A stretch of DNA of 64,000 nucleotides, taken from NCBI RefSeq assembly GCF_044704955.1, contig NC_092006.1:5084001-5148000 (forward strand), given 5' to 3'. The notes under the pieces are model-generated. The model had not been told where the DNA came from. It was given only the letters and a program-made list of their open reading frames with translations, and searched no databases. Within the stretch, counting starts at the first letter, position 1. Each line of letters begins with the position of its first letter. The position numbers were made by a program, and so were the translations under genes. The DNA comes from Pristiophorus japonicus. Taxonomy: Eukaryota. Positions 1-10,067 of this stretch are shown piece by piece.

Positions 1-195
1 GGCTCGTTTACAAAACCGGACGGTTCGTGACGCCCGGGGGAAGATTTTCCGGCGAGGTATGCGAGCAATCGGGGAATCATTCGCTGGTCATTGACAACGT
101 CCAGAGGAACGATTCTGGGCGGTATTACTGCGCTGCTCCAAACGCCGGGAATCGGTCCCTGATATTCGGGACTGGCACCACGCTGGTGATCACAG
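1..195 (+). CDS. V-set Ig exon with germline-joined J (5'-truncated by window) of a VJ-C1-TM receptor gene
   Basis: The frame from nt 3 reads LVYKTGRFVTPGGRFSGEVCEQSGNHSLVIDNVQRNDSGRYYCAAPNAGNRSLIFGTGTTLVIT. It has RFSG, SLxI, DSGxYYC and the J motif FGxGTxLxI in one exon with no RSS between them. It ends ACA G|gtaat (phase-1 donor at 196). Confidence 0.93.
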
Positions 196-286
196 GTAAT
201 CCCACACGCCCATCCAATTGTGCGTCGAGACACCAATTCAAACCTGCCTTGTGCGCCTGGTTAATTCCAATTTCCCTTCCATCTAG

Positions 287-592
287 CGGGCCCCCCGGTC
301 CTCTTCCTCTTAACGCCGCCGCCGGCTGAGATTCCCCGGCTGGAGAGGGTGCCCTTGATGTGTCTGGTGCGGGGCGCTGCTCCCGACTCCTCCCCCATCC
401 GCTGGCTGGTTGCGGGACGGGCCGCCGAGGGACGGAGCGAGCCCGGGATGCTGGAGCCGGACGGGAGCTATACCGCCAGAAGCGTCCTGAGCGTCTCGGC
501 CGAAACCTGGCGCAGCGGCGCCGTCTGCACTTGCACCGTTCCGATCAACGCCACCGGGGATCTCCTGAGTGAAAGCGTCGCATCTCCGGGAG
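287..592 (+). CDS. C1-set Ig constant-domain exon of the same gene
   Basis: Acceptor ttccatctag|CG follows a 91-bp intron. Reads AGPPVLFLLTPPPAEIPRLERVPLMCLVRG...IRWLVAG...EPDGSYTARSVLSVSAETWRSGAVCTCTV..., with C1 hallmarks LxCLV, W, DGSY and W-x5-CxC-V. Donor GGA G|gtaact, phase 1. Confidence 0.92.
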
Positions 593-689
593 GTAACTGG
601 AGCTACTGGCGGTTTGCCAAATAGTTAGTGATAATAATGTTCATTATAGTATTGCTGGGATGTGAGGGTTTTTTTTGCACGAGAGATTG

Positions 690-1277
690 TGTAGAATGGG
701 CCTATGTTCTCTGGAGTTTCGTATAAGATTATGAGGGGGCTTGACAAGCTGGATGCAGAGAGGATGTTTCCACTGATGGGGGAGTCTAGAACTAGAGGGC
801 ATAATCTCAGAATAAGGGGCCGCCCATTTAAAACTGAGATGAGGAGGAATTTCTTCTCTGAGGGTTGTAAATCTGTGGAATTCGCTGCCTCAGAGAGCTG
901 TGGAAGCCGGGACATTGAGTAAATTTACGATAGAAATAGACAGTTTCTTAACTGATAAGTAATTAAGGGGTTATGGGGAGCGGGCAGGGAAGTGGAGCTG
1001 AGTCCATGATCGGATCAGCCATGATCGTATTGAATGGCGGAGCAGGCTCGAGGGGCCGAATGGCCGACTCCTGCTCCTATTTCTTATGTTCTTATGGAGT
1101 TTCGAAGAAGGAGAGGTGATCTCATTGAAACGTACAAGACTCTGAGGGGGATTGACAGGGTGGATGCAGGGAGGGTGTTTCCCCCCGGGGCTGGGGAGTC
1201 TAGAACCAGGGGTCACACAGTCTCAGGGTAAGGGGTTGGCCATTTAAGACTAAGATGGGGAGAACGTTCTTCACTTG
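690..1277 (+). mobile_element. Two CR1 LINE 3' fragments (intronic)
   Basis: ORF2 C-terminus (…SRTRGHNLRIRGRPFKTEMRRNFF…) and CR1 3' UTR ending ttcttatg repeats; boundaries approximate. Confidence 0.85.
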
Positions 1278-1830
1278 CGATTTACTACGTTACAGGCGCT
1301 ATATAAATATAAGTTGTTGTATATTGGGAGCACTAGTATGGAAAAGTAGTATTTTATAAATGACATGAGTTTGGAAAACAGCGAGACAGAGAGAGACCAT
1401 ATACACAAACCTGTAAATGTGGGAAGGGCAGGTTGGCGAGCTGGTTAAACTGGCTTACGGGGTACTTGAATTTATATAAGGAGATATTAGAACAGTTGAC
1501 CAAAAGCTTGGTCAAAGAGGGAGGTTTTACAGAAGGAGGAGAGGCGGAGAGGTTTAGGGAGAGAGTTCCAGAGCTTGGGGCCCCAGGCAGCTGAAGGCAC
1601 GGCCACCAATGGTGGAGCGATAGAAATCGGGGGGAATGCTCAAGAGGCCAGGATTGGAAGAGCGCAGAGATCACAGCCACTTACGTTGAGACAGTTCATA
1701 GTTCGTCACCATGTCTTTGATGATTCGGGCCAAAAACCAGCTTCAAACCCTCAGCGGACGAGGTTTCAGAATTTGACTGAATTATTTTGTGTTTCGCTCA
1801 TTTCACAAGAGTTGTCTTTCTGCCGTTCAG

Positions 1831-1947
1831 AGCCCCTTCACAGCTCGACCTGCCGCTTCGCGCTTTATGCCAGCCTGGCGATGGCTCCTCTTGTGATGGG
1901 GTTGATCGGTGTCGCGGTGGCACGGCGTGGCAAGACTCGCCAACCAG
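1831..1947 (+). CDS. Connecting peptide/transmembrane exon
   Basis: Acceptor ctttctgccgttcag|AG; reads EPLHSSTCRFALYASLAMAPLVMGLIGVAVARRGKTRQP (membrane-proximal Cys, hydrophobic span, basic stop-transfer); donor CCA G|gtactg; phases 1-1. Confidence 0.85.
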
Positions 1948-2049
1948 GTACTGCCCGTCTGAGCCAAACCCTCAATTTCGCCTTTAGCTGAACCTCTCCC
2001 TTTGGCGTGCCGGCCTGGACATTAACGCCAGTCATCTTCTTAAACCTAG

Positions 2050-2108
2050 AGAGTGCAGCCACGACTGACCGAGGTACCGCTTCAAGAATAAAGAAAGCAG
2101 AAGAGGAG
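2050..2108 (+). CDS. Short cytoplasmic exon
   Basis: Acceptor cttcttaaacctag|AG; reads ESAATTDRGTASRIKKAEEE; donor GAG|gtaggt (phase 0). Confidence 0.72.
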
Positions 2109-2370
2109 GTAGGTGCCACAAAGATGGGAGATGTTATTTTCATTAAAGAGCGGGGAGCGGGACTAATTGGATCATGCTTTCAAAGAGCCGACACAAGCTC
2201 GAAGGGCCAACTAGCCTCCTTCTGTGCTGTAAGATTCTATACTGGTGTCAAGTGTTTCATTGGTGTCCATGGACATGTCCGTTGTCAGTAACTTCAATGA
2301 GACATTCACATTAATACACTTGTGCCTCTCTCAGAAACAACCCAAAGCTATTCACCTGCAATGAATTGCA

Positions 2371-3250
2371 TAAGAACATAAGAACATAAGAATTAGGAAC
2401 AGGAGTAGGCCATCTAGCCCCTCAAGCCTGCTCCGCCATTCAACAAGACCATGGCTGATCTGGCCGTGGACTCAGCTCCACTTACCCGCCCGCTCCCGTA
2501 ACCCTTAATTCCCTTATTGGTTAAAAATCTATCTATCTGTGACTTGAATGCATTCAATGAGCTAGCCTCAACTGCTTCCTTGGGCAGAGAATTCCACAGA
2601 TTCACAACCCTCTGGGAGAAGAAATTCCTTCTCAACTCGGTTTTAAATTGGCTCCCCCGTATTTTGAGGCTATGCCCCCTAGTTCTAGTCTCCCCGACCA
2701 GTGGAAACAAACTCTCTGCCTCTATCTTGTCTATCCCTTTCATTATTTTAAATGTTTCTAGAAGATCACCCCTCATCCTTCTGAACTCCAACGAGTAAAG
2801 ACCCAGTCTACTCAATCTATCATCATAAGGTAACCCCCTCATCACCGGAATCAGCCTAGTGAATCGTCTCTGTACCCCCTCCAAAGCCAGTATATCCTTC
2901 CTTAAGTAAGGTGACCAAAACTGCACGCAGTACTACAGGTGCGGCCTCACCAATACCCTATACAGTTGCAGAAGGACCTCCCTGCTTTTGTACTCCATCC
3001 CTCTCGCAATGAAGGCCAACATTCCATTCGCCTTCCTGATTACCTACTGCACCTGCAAACTAACTTTTTGGGATTCATGCACAAGGACCCCCAGGTCCCT
3101 CTGCACCGCAGCATGTTGTAATTTCTCCCCATTCAAATAATATTCCCTTTTACTGTTTTTTTTCCCAAGGTGGATGACCTCACACTTTCCGACATTGTAT
3201 TCCATCTGCCAAACCTTAGCCCATTCGCTTAACCTATCTAAATCTCTTTG
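2371..3250 (-). mobile_element. CR1 LINE, 5'-truncated
   Basis: ORF 2414-2926 is the CR1 ORF2 C-terminus; (taagaaca)n tail at the left end. Confidence 0.9.
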
Positions 3251-3264
3251 CAACAGTGATGTCT

Positions 3265-3857
3265 TGCATTTAAATAGCGCCTTTGATGTCCTAAGGCGCT
3301 TCACAGGAGCATTAGTCAGACAAAAATTAAAGGTCGAACCCCACGAGGAGAGATTACGACAGGTGAGCAAAGGCTTGGCCGAGGAGGGAGGTTTTAAGGA
3401 GGAGAGAGGGGCAGAGAGGTTTAGGGAGGGAGTTCCAGAGCTTGGGGCCCAGGCAGCTGAAGGCACGGCCACCGATGGTGGAGCGATTATAATCAGGGAT
3501 GGTCAAGAGGGCAGAATTGGAGGAGCAGTAGGAGATAGGGAGGGATGTAGGTGCTGGAGGAGAGTACAGAGATAAGGAGGGGTGTATGGGCTGGAGGAGA
3601 TTACAGAGATAGAGAGGGGTGTAGGGGCTGGAGCAGGTTACAGAGATAGGGAGGGGTGTAGGGGTTGGAGGGGGTTACAGAGATAGGGAGGGGTGTAGGG
3701 GTTGGAGGGGGTTACAGAGATAGGGAGGGGTGTAGGGGCTAAAGGAGGTCACAGAGATAGGGAGGGATGTAGGGGCTGGAGGAGGTTACAGAGTTAGGGA
3801 GGGATGTAGAGGCTGGAGGAGGTTGCAGAGATAGGGAGGGGTGTAGGGCTGGAGGAG
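3265..3857 (-). repeat. L2-like LINE 3' end running into a ~34-bp G-rich minisatellite (ggttacagagatagggaggggtgtaggggctgga)
   Basis: Same L2-like sequence (ccagagcttggggcccaggcagctgaaggcacgg) also at ~1470-1672 and ~22620-22890; tandem units visible 3530-3857. Confidence 0.7.
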
Positions 3858-3859
3858 AG

Positions 3860-4256
3860 GCAGTACTGAGGGAGCGCCGCACTGTCGGAGGAGCAGTACT
3901 GAGGGAACACCGCACTGTCGGAGGGACCGTCTTTCGGCTGAGACGTTAAACCGAGGCACCATCTGCCCTCTCGGTTGTAAAAGATCCCGGGGCCACTATT
4001 GGAAGAAGAGCAGGGGGAGTTCTCCCCGGTGTCCTGGGGCCAATATTTATCCCTCAACCAACATCACTAAAAACAGATGATCCGGGTCATTATCACATTG
4101 CTGTGTGTGGGAGCTTGCTGTGCGCAAATTGAGCTGCCGCGTTTCCCACAATACAACAGTGACTGCACTTCAAAAAGTACTTCATTGGCTGTAAGGCGCT
4201 TTGGGACGACCGGTGGTGGTGAAGGGCGCTATAGAAATGCACGTCTATTTCTTTTC
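3860..4256 (+). mobile_element. SacSINE1/DeuSINE-like SINE (head missing)
   Basis: Central domain (gagacgttaaaccgagg…aagatccc…gaagaagagcagggggagttctccccggtgtcctggggccaatatttatccctcaacc) and L2-like tail (…gcgctatagaaatgca…ctttt); family name from recognition. Confidence 0.75.
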
Positions 4257-4306
4257 AATATAGTTGAGCAGGAAGGTAACGGTTTTCTCGTGTTGTTCCT
4301 TCACAG

Positions 4307-4342
4307 ACTATGTACGCGCACCTGGCATTCGCTGTGGATTAG
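4307..4342 (+). CDS. Terminal coding exon with ITIM/ITSM-like motif TMYAHL
   Basis: Acceptor tgttgttccttcacag|ACT (phase 0, matching the previous exon); reads TMYAHLAFAVD*; AATAAA follows at 4555. Confidence 0.78.
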   Translation, partial: TMYAHLAFAVD

Positions 4343-4554
4343 ACCGCATCGTGAGAGCGGGAAGGGTTTGCCAATATCCTCCCGGTCCGGATCGGAAGAG
4401 TTGGGGCCTTGAGAAATACAGCGCCCACTCGCCGCGCCCTCAGTCACAACCTGTGCACGGTGACCATTCACTCCAATGTCCCCGAACTCCCAGTGTGACT
4501 TTCCTCTGCCGGTAGTTTTGATCAATCTTTGATTCTTGTCTTTATTAGCGTTGC

Positions 4555-4560
4555 AATAAA
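4555..4560 (+). terminator. Polyadenylation signal of the VJ-C1 receptor gene
   Basis: AATAAA about 210 nt after the stop, followed by T-rich sequence. Confidence 0.65.
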
Positions 4561-4732
4561 AAACATTTTATTCTCTTTACAACCTCATGCCCACTTCGAA
4601 TGCATCCGTTATCAGACACAGAGAAGCGGAATTTATTGTTGAAATCGATGATAACTGTTGCTAAAGGGGCCAATTATCTCAGGATTTGTGTTCAGTTTAA
4701 CTGTCAGAGGGACGAACGTGCATTTTAGATCA

Positions 4733-5387
4733 CATAGAAACATAGAAAATAGGTGCAGAACAGGCCATTCGGCCCTTCGAGCCTGCACCACCATTCAATA
4801 TGATCATGGCTGATCATTCACCTCAGTACCCCTTTCCTGCTTTCTCTCCATACCCCTTGATCCCTTTAGCCGTATCTAAGGGCTACATCTAACTCCCTCT
4901 TGAATATATCCAACGAACTGGCCTCAACAACTCTCTGTGGTAGAGAATTCCACAGGTTCACAACTCTCTGGGTGAAGAAGTTTCTCCTCATCTCGGTCCT
5001 AAATGGCTTACCCCTTATCCTTAGACTGTGACCCCTGGTTCTGGACTTCCCCAACATCGGGAACATTCTTCCTGAATCTAACCTGTCTAATCCCGTCAGA
5101 ATTTTATATGTTTCTATGAGATCCCCTCTCATTCTTCTAAACTCCAGTGAATATAGGCCCAGTTGATCCAGTCTCTCCTCATATGTCAGTCCAGCCATTC
5201 CGAGAAACAGTCTGGTGAACCTTCGCTGCACCCCCTCAATAGCAAGAACGTCCTTCCTCAGATTAGGAGACCAAAACTGAACACAATATTCCAGGTGTGG
5301 CCTCACCAAGGCCCTGTACATCCCGGGAATCAGTCTGGTGAACCTTCACTGCACTCCCTCAATAGCAAGAACGTCCTTCCTCAGATA
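4733..5387 (-). mobile_element. CR1 LINE 3' fragment, split by a younger CR1 (continues at 8248-8340)
   Basis: ORF 4866-5321 is the ORF2 C-terminus; (catagaaa)n tail; the sequence resumes after the + strand CR1. Confidence 0.88.
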
Positions 5388-5394
5388 GAGGACA

Positions 5395-8247
5395 GATGTG
5401 CAAATAGATGTTAACAAATATGATGTGATTGGGATTACGGAGACGTGGCTCCACTATGATCAGGGCTGGGAACTCAACATCCAGGGGTATTCAACATTCA
5501 GGAAAGATAGAATAAAAGGAAAAGGAGGTGGGGTAGCATTGCTGGTTAAGGAGCAAATTAAGGCAATAGTTCGGAAGGACATTAGCTTGGATGATGTGGA
5601 ATCTATATGGGTAGAGCTGCAGGATACCAAAGGGCAAAAAACGTTAGTGGGAGTTGTGTACAGACCTCCAAACAGTAGTAGTGATGTTGGGGAGGGCATC
5701 AAACATGAAATTAGGGGTGCGTGCAATAAAGGTGCAGCAGTTATAATGGGTGACTTTAATATGCACATAGATTGGGTTAACCAAACTGGAAGCAATACGG
5801 TGGAGGAGGATTTCCTGGAGTGCATAAGGGATGGTTTTTTAGACCAATATGTCGAGGAACCAACTAGGGGGGAGGCCATCTTAGACTGGGTGTTGTGTAA
5901 TGAGAGAGGATTAATTAGCAATCTCGTTGTGCGAGGCCCCTTGGGGAAGAGTGACCATAATATGGTGGAATTCTGCATTAGGATGGAGAATGAAACAGTT
6001 AATTCAGAGACCATGGTCCAGAACTTAAAGAAGGGTAACTTTGAAGGTATGAGGCGTGAATTGGCTAGGATCGATTGGCGAATGATAATGAAGGGGTTGA
6101 CTGTGGATGGGCAATGGCAGACATTTAGAGACCGCAAGGATGAACTACAACAATTGTACATTCCTGTCTGGCGTAAAAATAAAAAAGGGAAGGTGGCTCA
6201 ACCGTGGCTATCAAGGGAAATCAGGGATAGCATTAAAGCCAAGGAAGTGGCATACAAATTGGCCAGAAATAGCAGCGAACCCAGGGACTGGGAGAAATTT
6301 AGAACTCAGCAGAGGAGAAAAAAGGGTTTGATTAGGGCAGGGAAAATGGAGTACGAGAAGAAGCTTGCAGGGAACATTAAGACGGATTGCAAAAGTTTCT
6401 ATAGATATGTAAAGAGAAAAAGGTTAGTAAAGACAAACGTAGGTCCCCTGCAGTCAGAATCAGGGGAAGTCATAACGGGGAACAAAGAAATGGCGGACCA
6501 ATTGAACAAGTACTTTGGTTCGGTATTCACTGAGGAGGACACAAACAACCTTCCGGATATAAAAGGGGTCGGGGGGTCTAGTAAGGAGGAGGAACTGAGG
6601 GAAATCCTTATTAGTCGGGAAACTGTGTTGGGGAAATTGATGGGATTGAAGGCCGATAAATCCCCAGGGCCTGATGGACTGCATCCCAGAGTACTTAAGG
6701 AGGTGGCCTTGAAAATAGTGGATGCATTGACAGTCATTTTCCAACATTCCATTGACTCTGGATCAGTTCCTATGGAGTGGAGGGTAGCCAATGTAACCCC
6801 ACTTTTTAAAAAAGGAGGGAGAGAGAAAACAGGGAATTATAGACCAGTCTGCCTGACATCGGTAGTGGGTAAAATGATGGAATCAATTATTAAGAATGTC
6901 ATAGCAGCGCATTTGGAAAGAGGTAATATGATAGGTCCAAGTCAGCATGGATTTGTGAAAGGGAAATCATGCTTGACAAATCTTCTGGAATTTTTTGAGG
7001 ATGTTTCCAGTAGAGTGGACAAGGGAGAACCAGTTGATATGGTATATTTGGACTTTCAGAAGGCTTTCGACAAGGTCCCACACAAGAGATTAATGTGCAA
7101 AGTTAAAGCACATGGGATTGGGGGTAGTGTGCTGACATGAATTGAGAACTGGTTGTCAGACAGGAAGCAAAGAGTAGGAGTAAATGGGGACTTTTCAGAA
7201 TGGCAGGCAGTGACTAGTGGGGTACCGCAAGGTTCTGTGCTGGGGCCCCAGCTGTTTACACTGTACATTAATGATTTAGACGAGGAGATTAAATGTAGTA
7301 TCTCCAAATTTGCGGATGACACTAAGTTGGGTGGCAGTGTGAGCTGTGAGGAGGATGCTATGAGGCTGCAGAGCGACTTGGATAGGTTAGGTGAGTGGGC
7401 ACATGCATGGCAGATGAAGTATAATGTGGATAAATGTGAGGTTATCCACTTTGGTGGTAAAAACAGAGAGACAGACTATTATCTGAATGGTGACAGATTA
7501 GGAAAAGGGGAGGTGCAAAGAGACCTGGGTGTCATGGTACATCAGTCATTGAAGGTTGGCATGCAGGTACAGCAGGCGGTTAAGAAAGCAAATAGCATGT
7601 TGGCCTTCATAGCGAGGGGATTTGAGTACAGGGGCAGGGAGGTGTTGCTACAATTGTACAGGGCCTTGGTGAGGCCACACCTGGAGTATTGTGTACAGTT
7701 TTGGTCTCCTAACCTGAGGAAGGACATTCTTGCTATTGAGGGAGTGCAGCGAAGGTTCACCAGACTGATTCCCGGGATGGCGGGACTGACCTATCAAGAA
7801 AGACTGGATCAACTGGGCTTGTATTCACTGGAGTTCAGAAGAATGAGAGGGGACCTCATAGAAACGTTTAAAATTCTGACGGGGTTAGACAGGTTAGATG
7901 CAGGAAGAATGTTCCCAATGTTGGGGAAGTCCAGAACCAGGGGACACAGTCTAAGGATAAGGGGGAAGCCATTTAGGACCGAGATGAGGAGGAATTTCTT
8001 CACCCAGAGAGTGGTGAACCTGTGGAATTCTCTACCACAGAAAGTTGTTGAGGCCAATTCACTAAATATATTCAAAAAGGAGTTGGATGAAGTCCTTACT
8101 ACTAGGGGAATCAAGGGGTATGGTGAGAAAGCAGGAATGGGGTACTGAAGTTGCATGTTCAGCCATGAACTCATTGAATGGCGGTGCAGGCTAGAAGGGC
8201 CGAATGGCCTACTCCTGCACCTATTTTCTATGTTTCTATGTTTCTAT
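5395..8247 (+). mobile_element. Young CR1 LINE with near-complete ORF2 (APE endonuclease + RT), one nonsense codon at 7138-7140
   Basis: ORFs 5398-7140 and 7153-8148 are in frame: GITETW, GDFN, SDH (APE); YLDFQKAFDKV, GVPQGSVLGP, FADD (RT); (tttctatg)n tail. Confidence 0.96.
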
Positions 8248-8399
8248 GATTAGGAGACCAAAACTGAACACAATATTCCAGGTGTGGCCTCACCAAGGCC
8301 CTGTACATCCCGGGAATCAGTCTGGTGAACTTTCACTGCACACCCCCAGCGGAATTTACAGCTATTTTCGTTGTATCTATAAACCAGTGACCCCTGCTT

Positions 8400-8637
8400 A
8401 AAGGGTCACACTCCAAAGTGTCCCCTTGGTTTTTTGGTTTTTTTTTCCTGAGAGCACCAAAAACACAAATTATACAAGTGGCCCCCCTGACTAACTTAAA
8501 CAAATTAAACTTTAAATATTGTGGTTCAAATTAACATTTGGTTGCCGGGGGCGGGGGGGGGGGGGTGATGATGCACTCCAGTCCCTCGGGCGCCCACCTC
8601 TCGCAGAAGGCCGCGAGCGTACTGGTGGACACCGTGG
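8400..8637 (-). mobile_element. Tx1/L1-clade LINE 3' fragment
   Basis: Minus strand reads …VSTSTLAAFCERWAPEGLECII…, typical of the Tx1-like ORF2 C-terminus; boundaries approximate. Confidence 0.5.
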
Positions 8638-8639
8638 AA

Positions 8640-8948
8640 GAGAACGCGCTTTACAACCTTCCCGTTGGAGCTTGTGGGATCTTCCTGTGCGCCAAAGTGG
8701 CAGCCGCATGTCGCTACATTGCACTGGTGGCCACACTTCAAGATAAAAAGTGCGTTCATTGGCTGGGAAACAGGGCGGGACGTCCCAAGCTCCTTGTGTG
8801 CCGCGACAGAAGACCAAAAGTCTTTCCTGACTGGTCACAATGGAAACGCTGCACAACATCTTTTGGTCAAGTTGTACTCAACACACACAGTTCCAGTTAG
8901 TTAACGGAGGGGAAATATACTTGCAACCCAGGGTGGAGCTTTGGAGGC
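8640..8948 (+). pseudogene. Possible decayed V(J) Ig exon
   Basis: Frame of ORF 8538 read through one stop: C…VHWLGNRAGRPKLLV…VVLNTHSSS*LTEGKYTCNPGWSFGG. W-to-C spacing is 54 aa, with L at C-15 and GxYxC. Confidence 0.35.
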
Positions 8949-9815
8949 AGTTCAGAGAAGGTTCACTCGGTCGATTCCGGAGATGAGGGGGTTGACTTAT
9001 GAGGAAAGGTTGAGCAGGTTGGGCCTCTACTCATTGGGATTCAGAAGAATTCAGAGGTGATCTTATCGAAACGTATAAGATTATGAGGGGGCTCGACAGC
9101 AGGACCCGGGGGTACTTGTGCATGAAACACAAAAGGTTAGTATGCAGGTACAGCAAGTGATCAGGAAGGCCAATGGTATCTTGGCCTTTATTGCAAAGTG
9201 GATGGAGTATAAAAGCAGGGAGGTCTTGCTACAGTTATACAGGGTATTGGTGAGGCCACACCTGGAATACTGCGTGCAGTTTTGGTTTCCATATTTACGA
9301 AAGGATATACTTGCTTTGGAGGCAGTTCAGAGAAGGTTCACTCGGTTGATTCCGGAGATGAGGGAGTTGACTTATGAGGAAAGGTTGAGTAGGTTGGGCC
9401 TCTACTCATTGGAATTCAGAAGAATGAGAGGTGATCTTATGGAAACGTGTAAGATTATGAGGGGGCTTGACAAGGTGGATGCAGAGAGGATGTTTCCACT
9501 GATGGGGGAGACTAGAACGCGGGGTCATGATCTTAGAATAAGGGGCCACCCATTTAAAACTGAGATGAGGAGGAATTTCTTCTCTCAGAGGGTTGTAAAT
9601 CTGTGGAATTTGCTGCCTCAGAGAGCTGTGGAAGCTGGGACATTGAATAAATTTAACACAGAGATAGACGGTTTCTTAACCGATACGGGGATAAGGGGGC
9701 GGGCAGGGAAGTGGAGCTGAGTCCATGATCGGATCAGCCACGATCGTATTGAATGGCGGAGCAGGCTCGAGGGGCCGAATGGCCTACTCCTGCTCCTATT
9801 TCTTATGTTCTTATG
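8938..9815 (+). mobile_element. CR1 LINE 3' fragments
   Basis: ORF 9118-9720 is the ORF2 C-terminus; 3' UTR and tail present. Confidence 0.9.
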
Positions 9816-10067
9816 ATTCCAGTGTACAATACTACCACCTTCACCTCGTATGGGAATTAAACACATACTTATACAGGGGCTCAAAGGGTTAAATTGTGTG
9901 GGCAGTTTGCACAGATGTGGCTTGATTTCCTCGATTATAGAAGATTAAGAGGTCAACCAATTGAAGCGTTTAATTTGCTTGAAGGGTTGATAGGGTCGAA
10001 AGAGAAAAATTATTTCCTCTGTTGGGGGAGTCCAGAACAAGGAGATGTAACTTTAATTTTAAAGCAA

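Noticed and set aside
1-592. A classical rearranging TCR or Ig light-chain locus
   Set aside because: No RSS or separate J/D segments were seen. The tail is long with a Tyr motif and the TM core lacks the TCR Lys. Kept only as the alternative to test.
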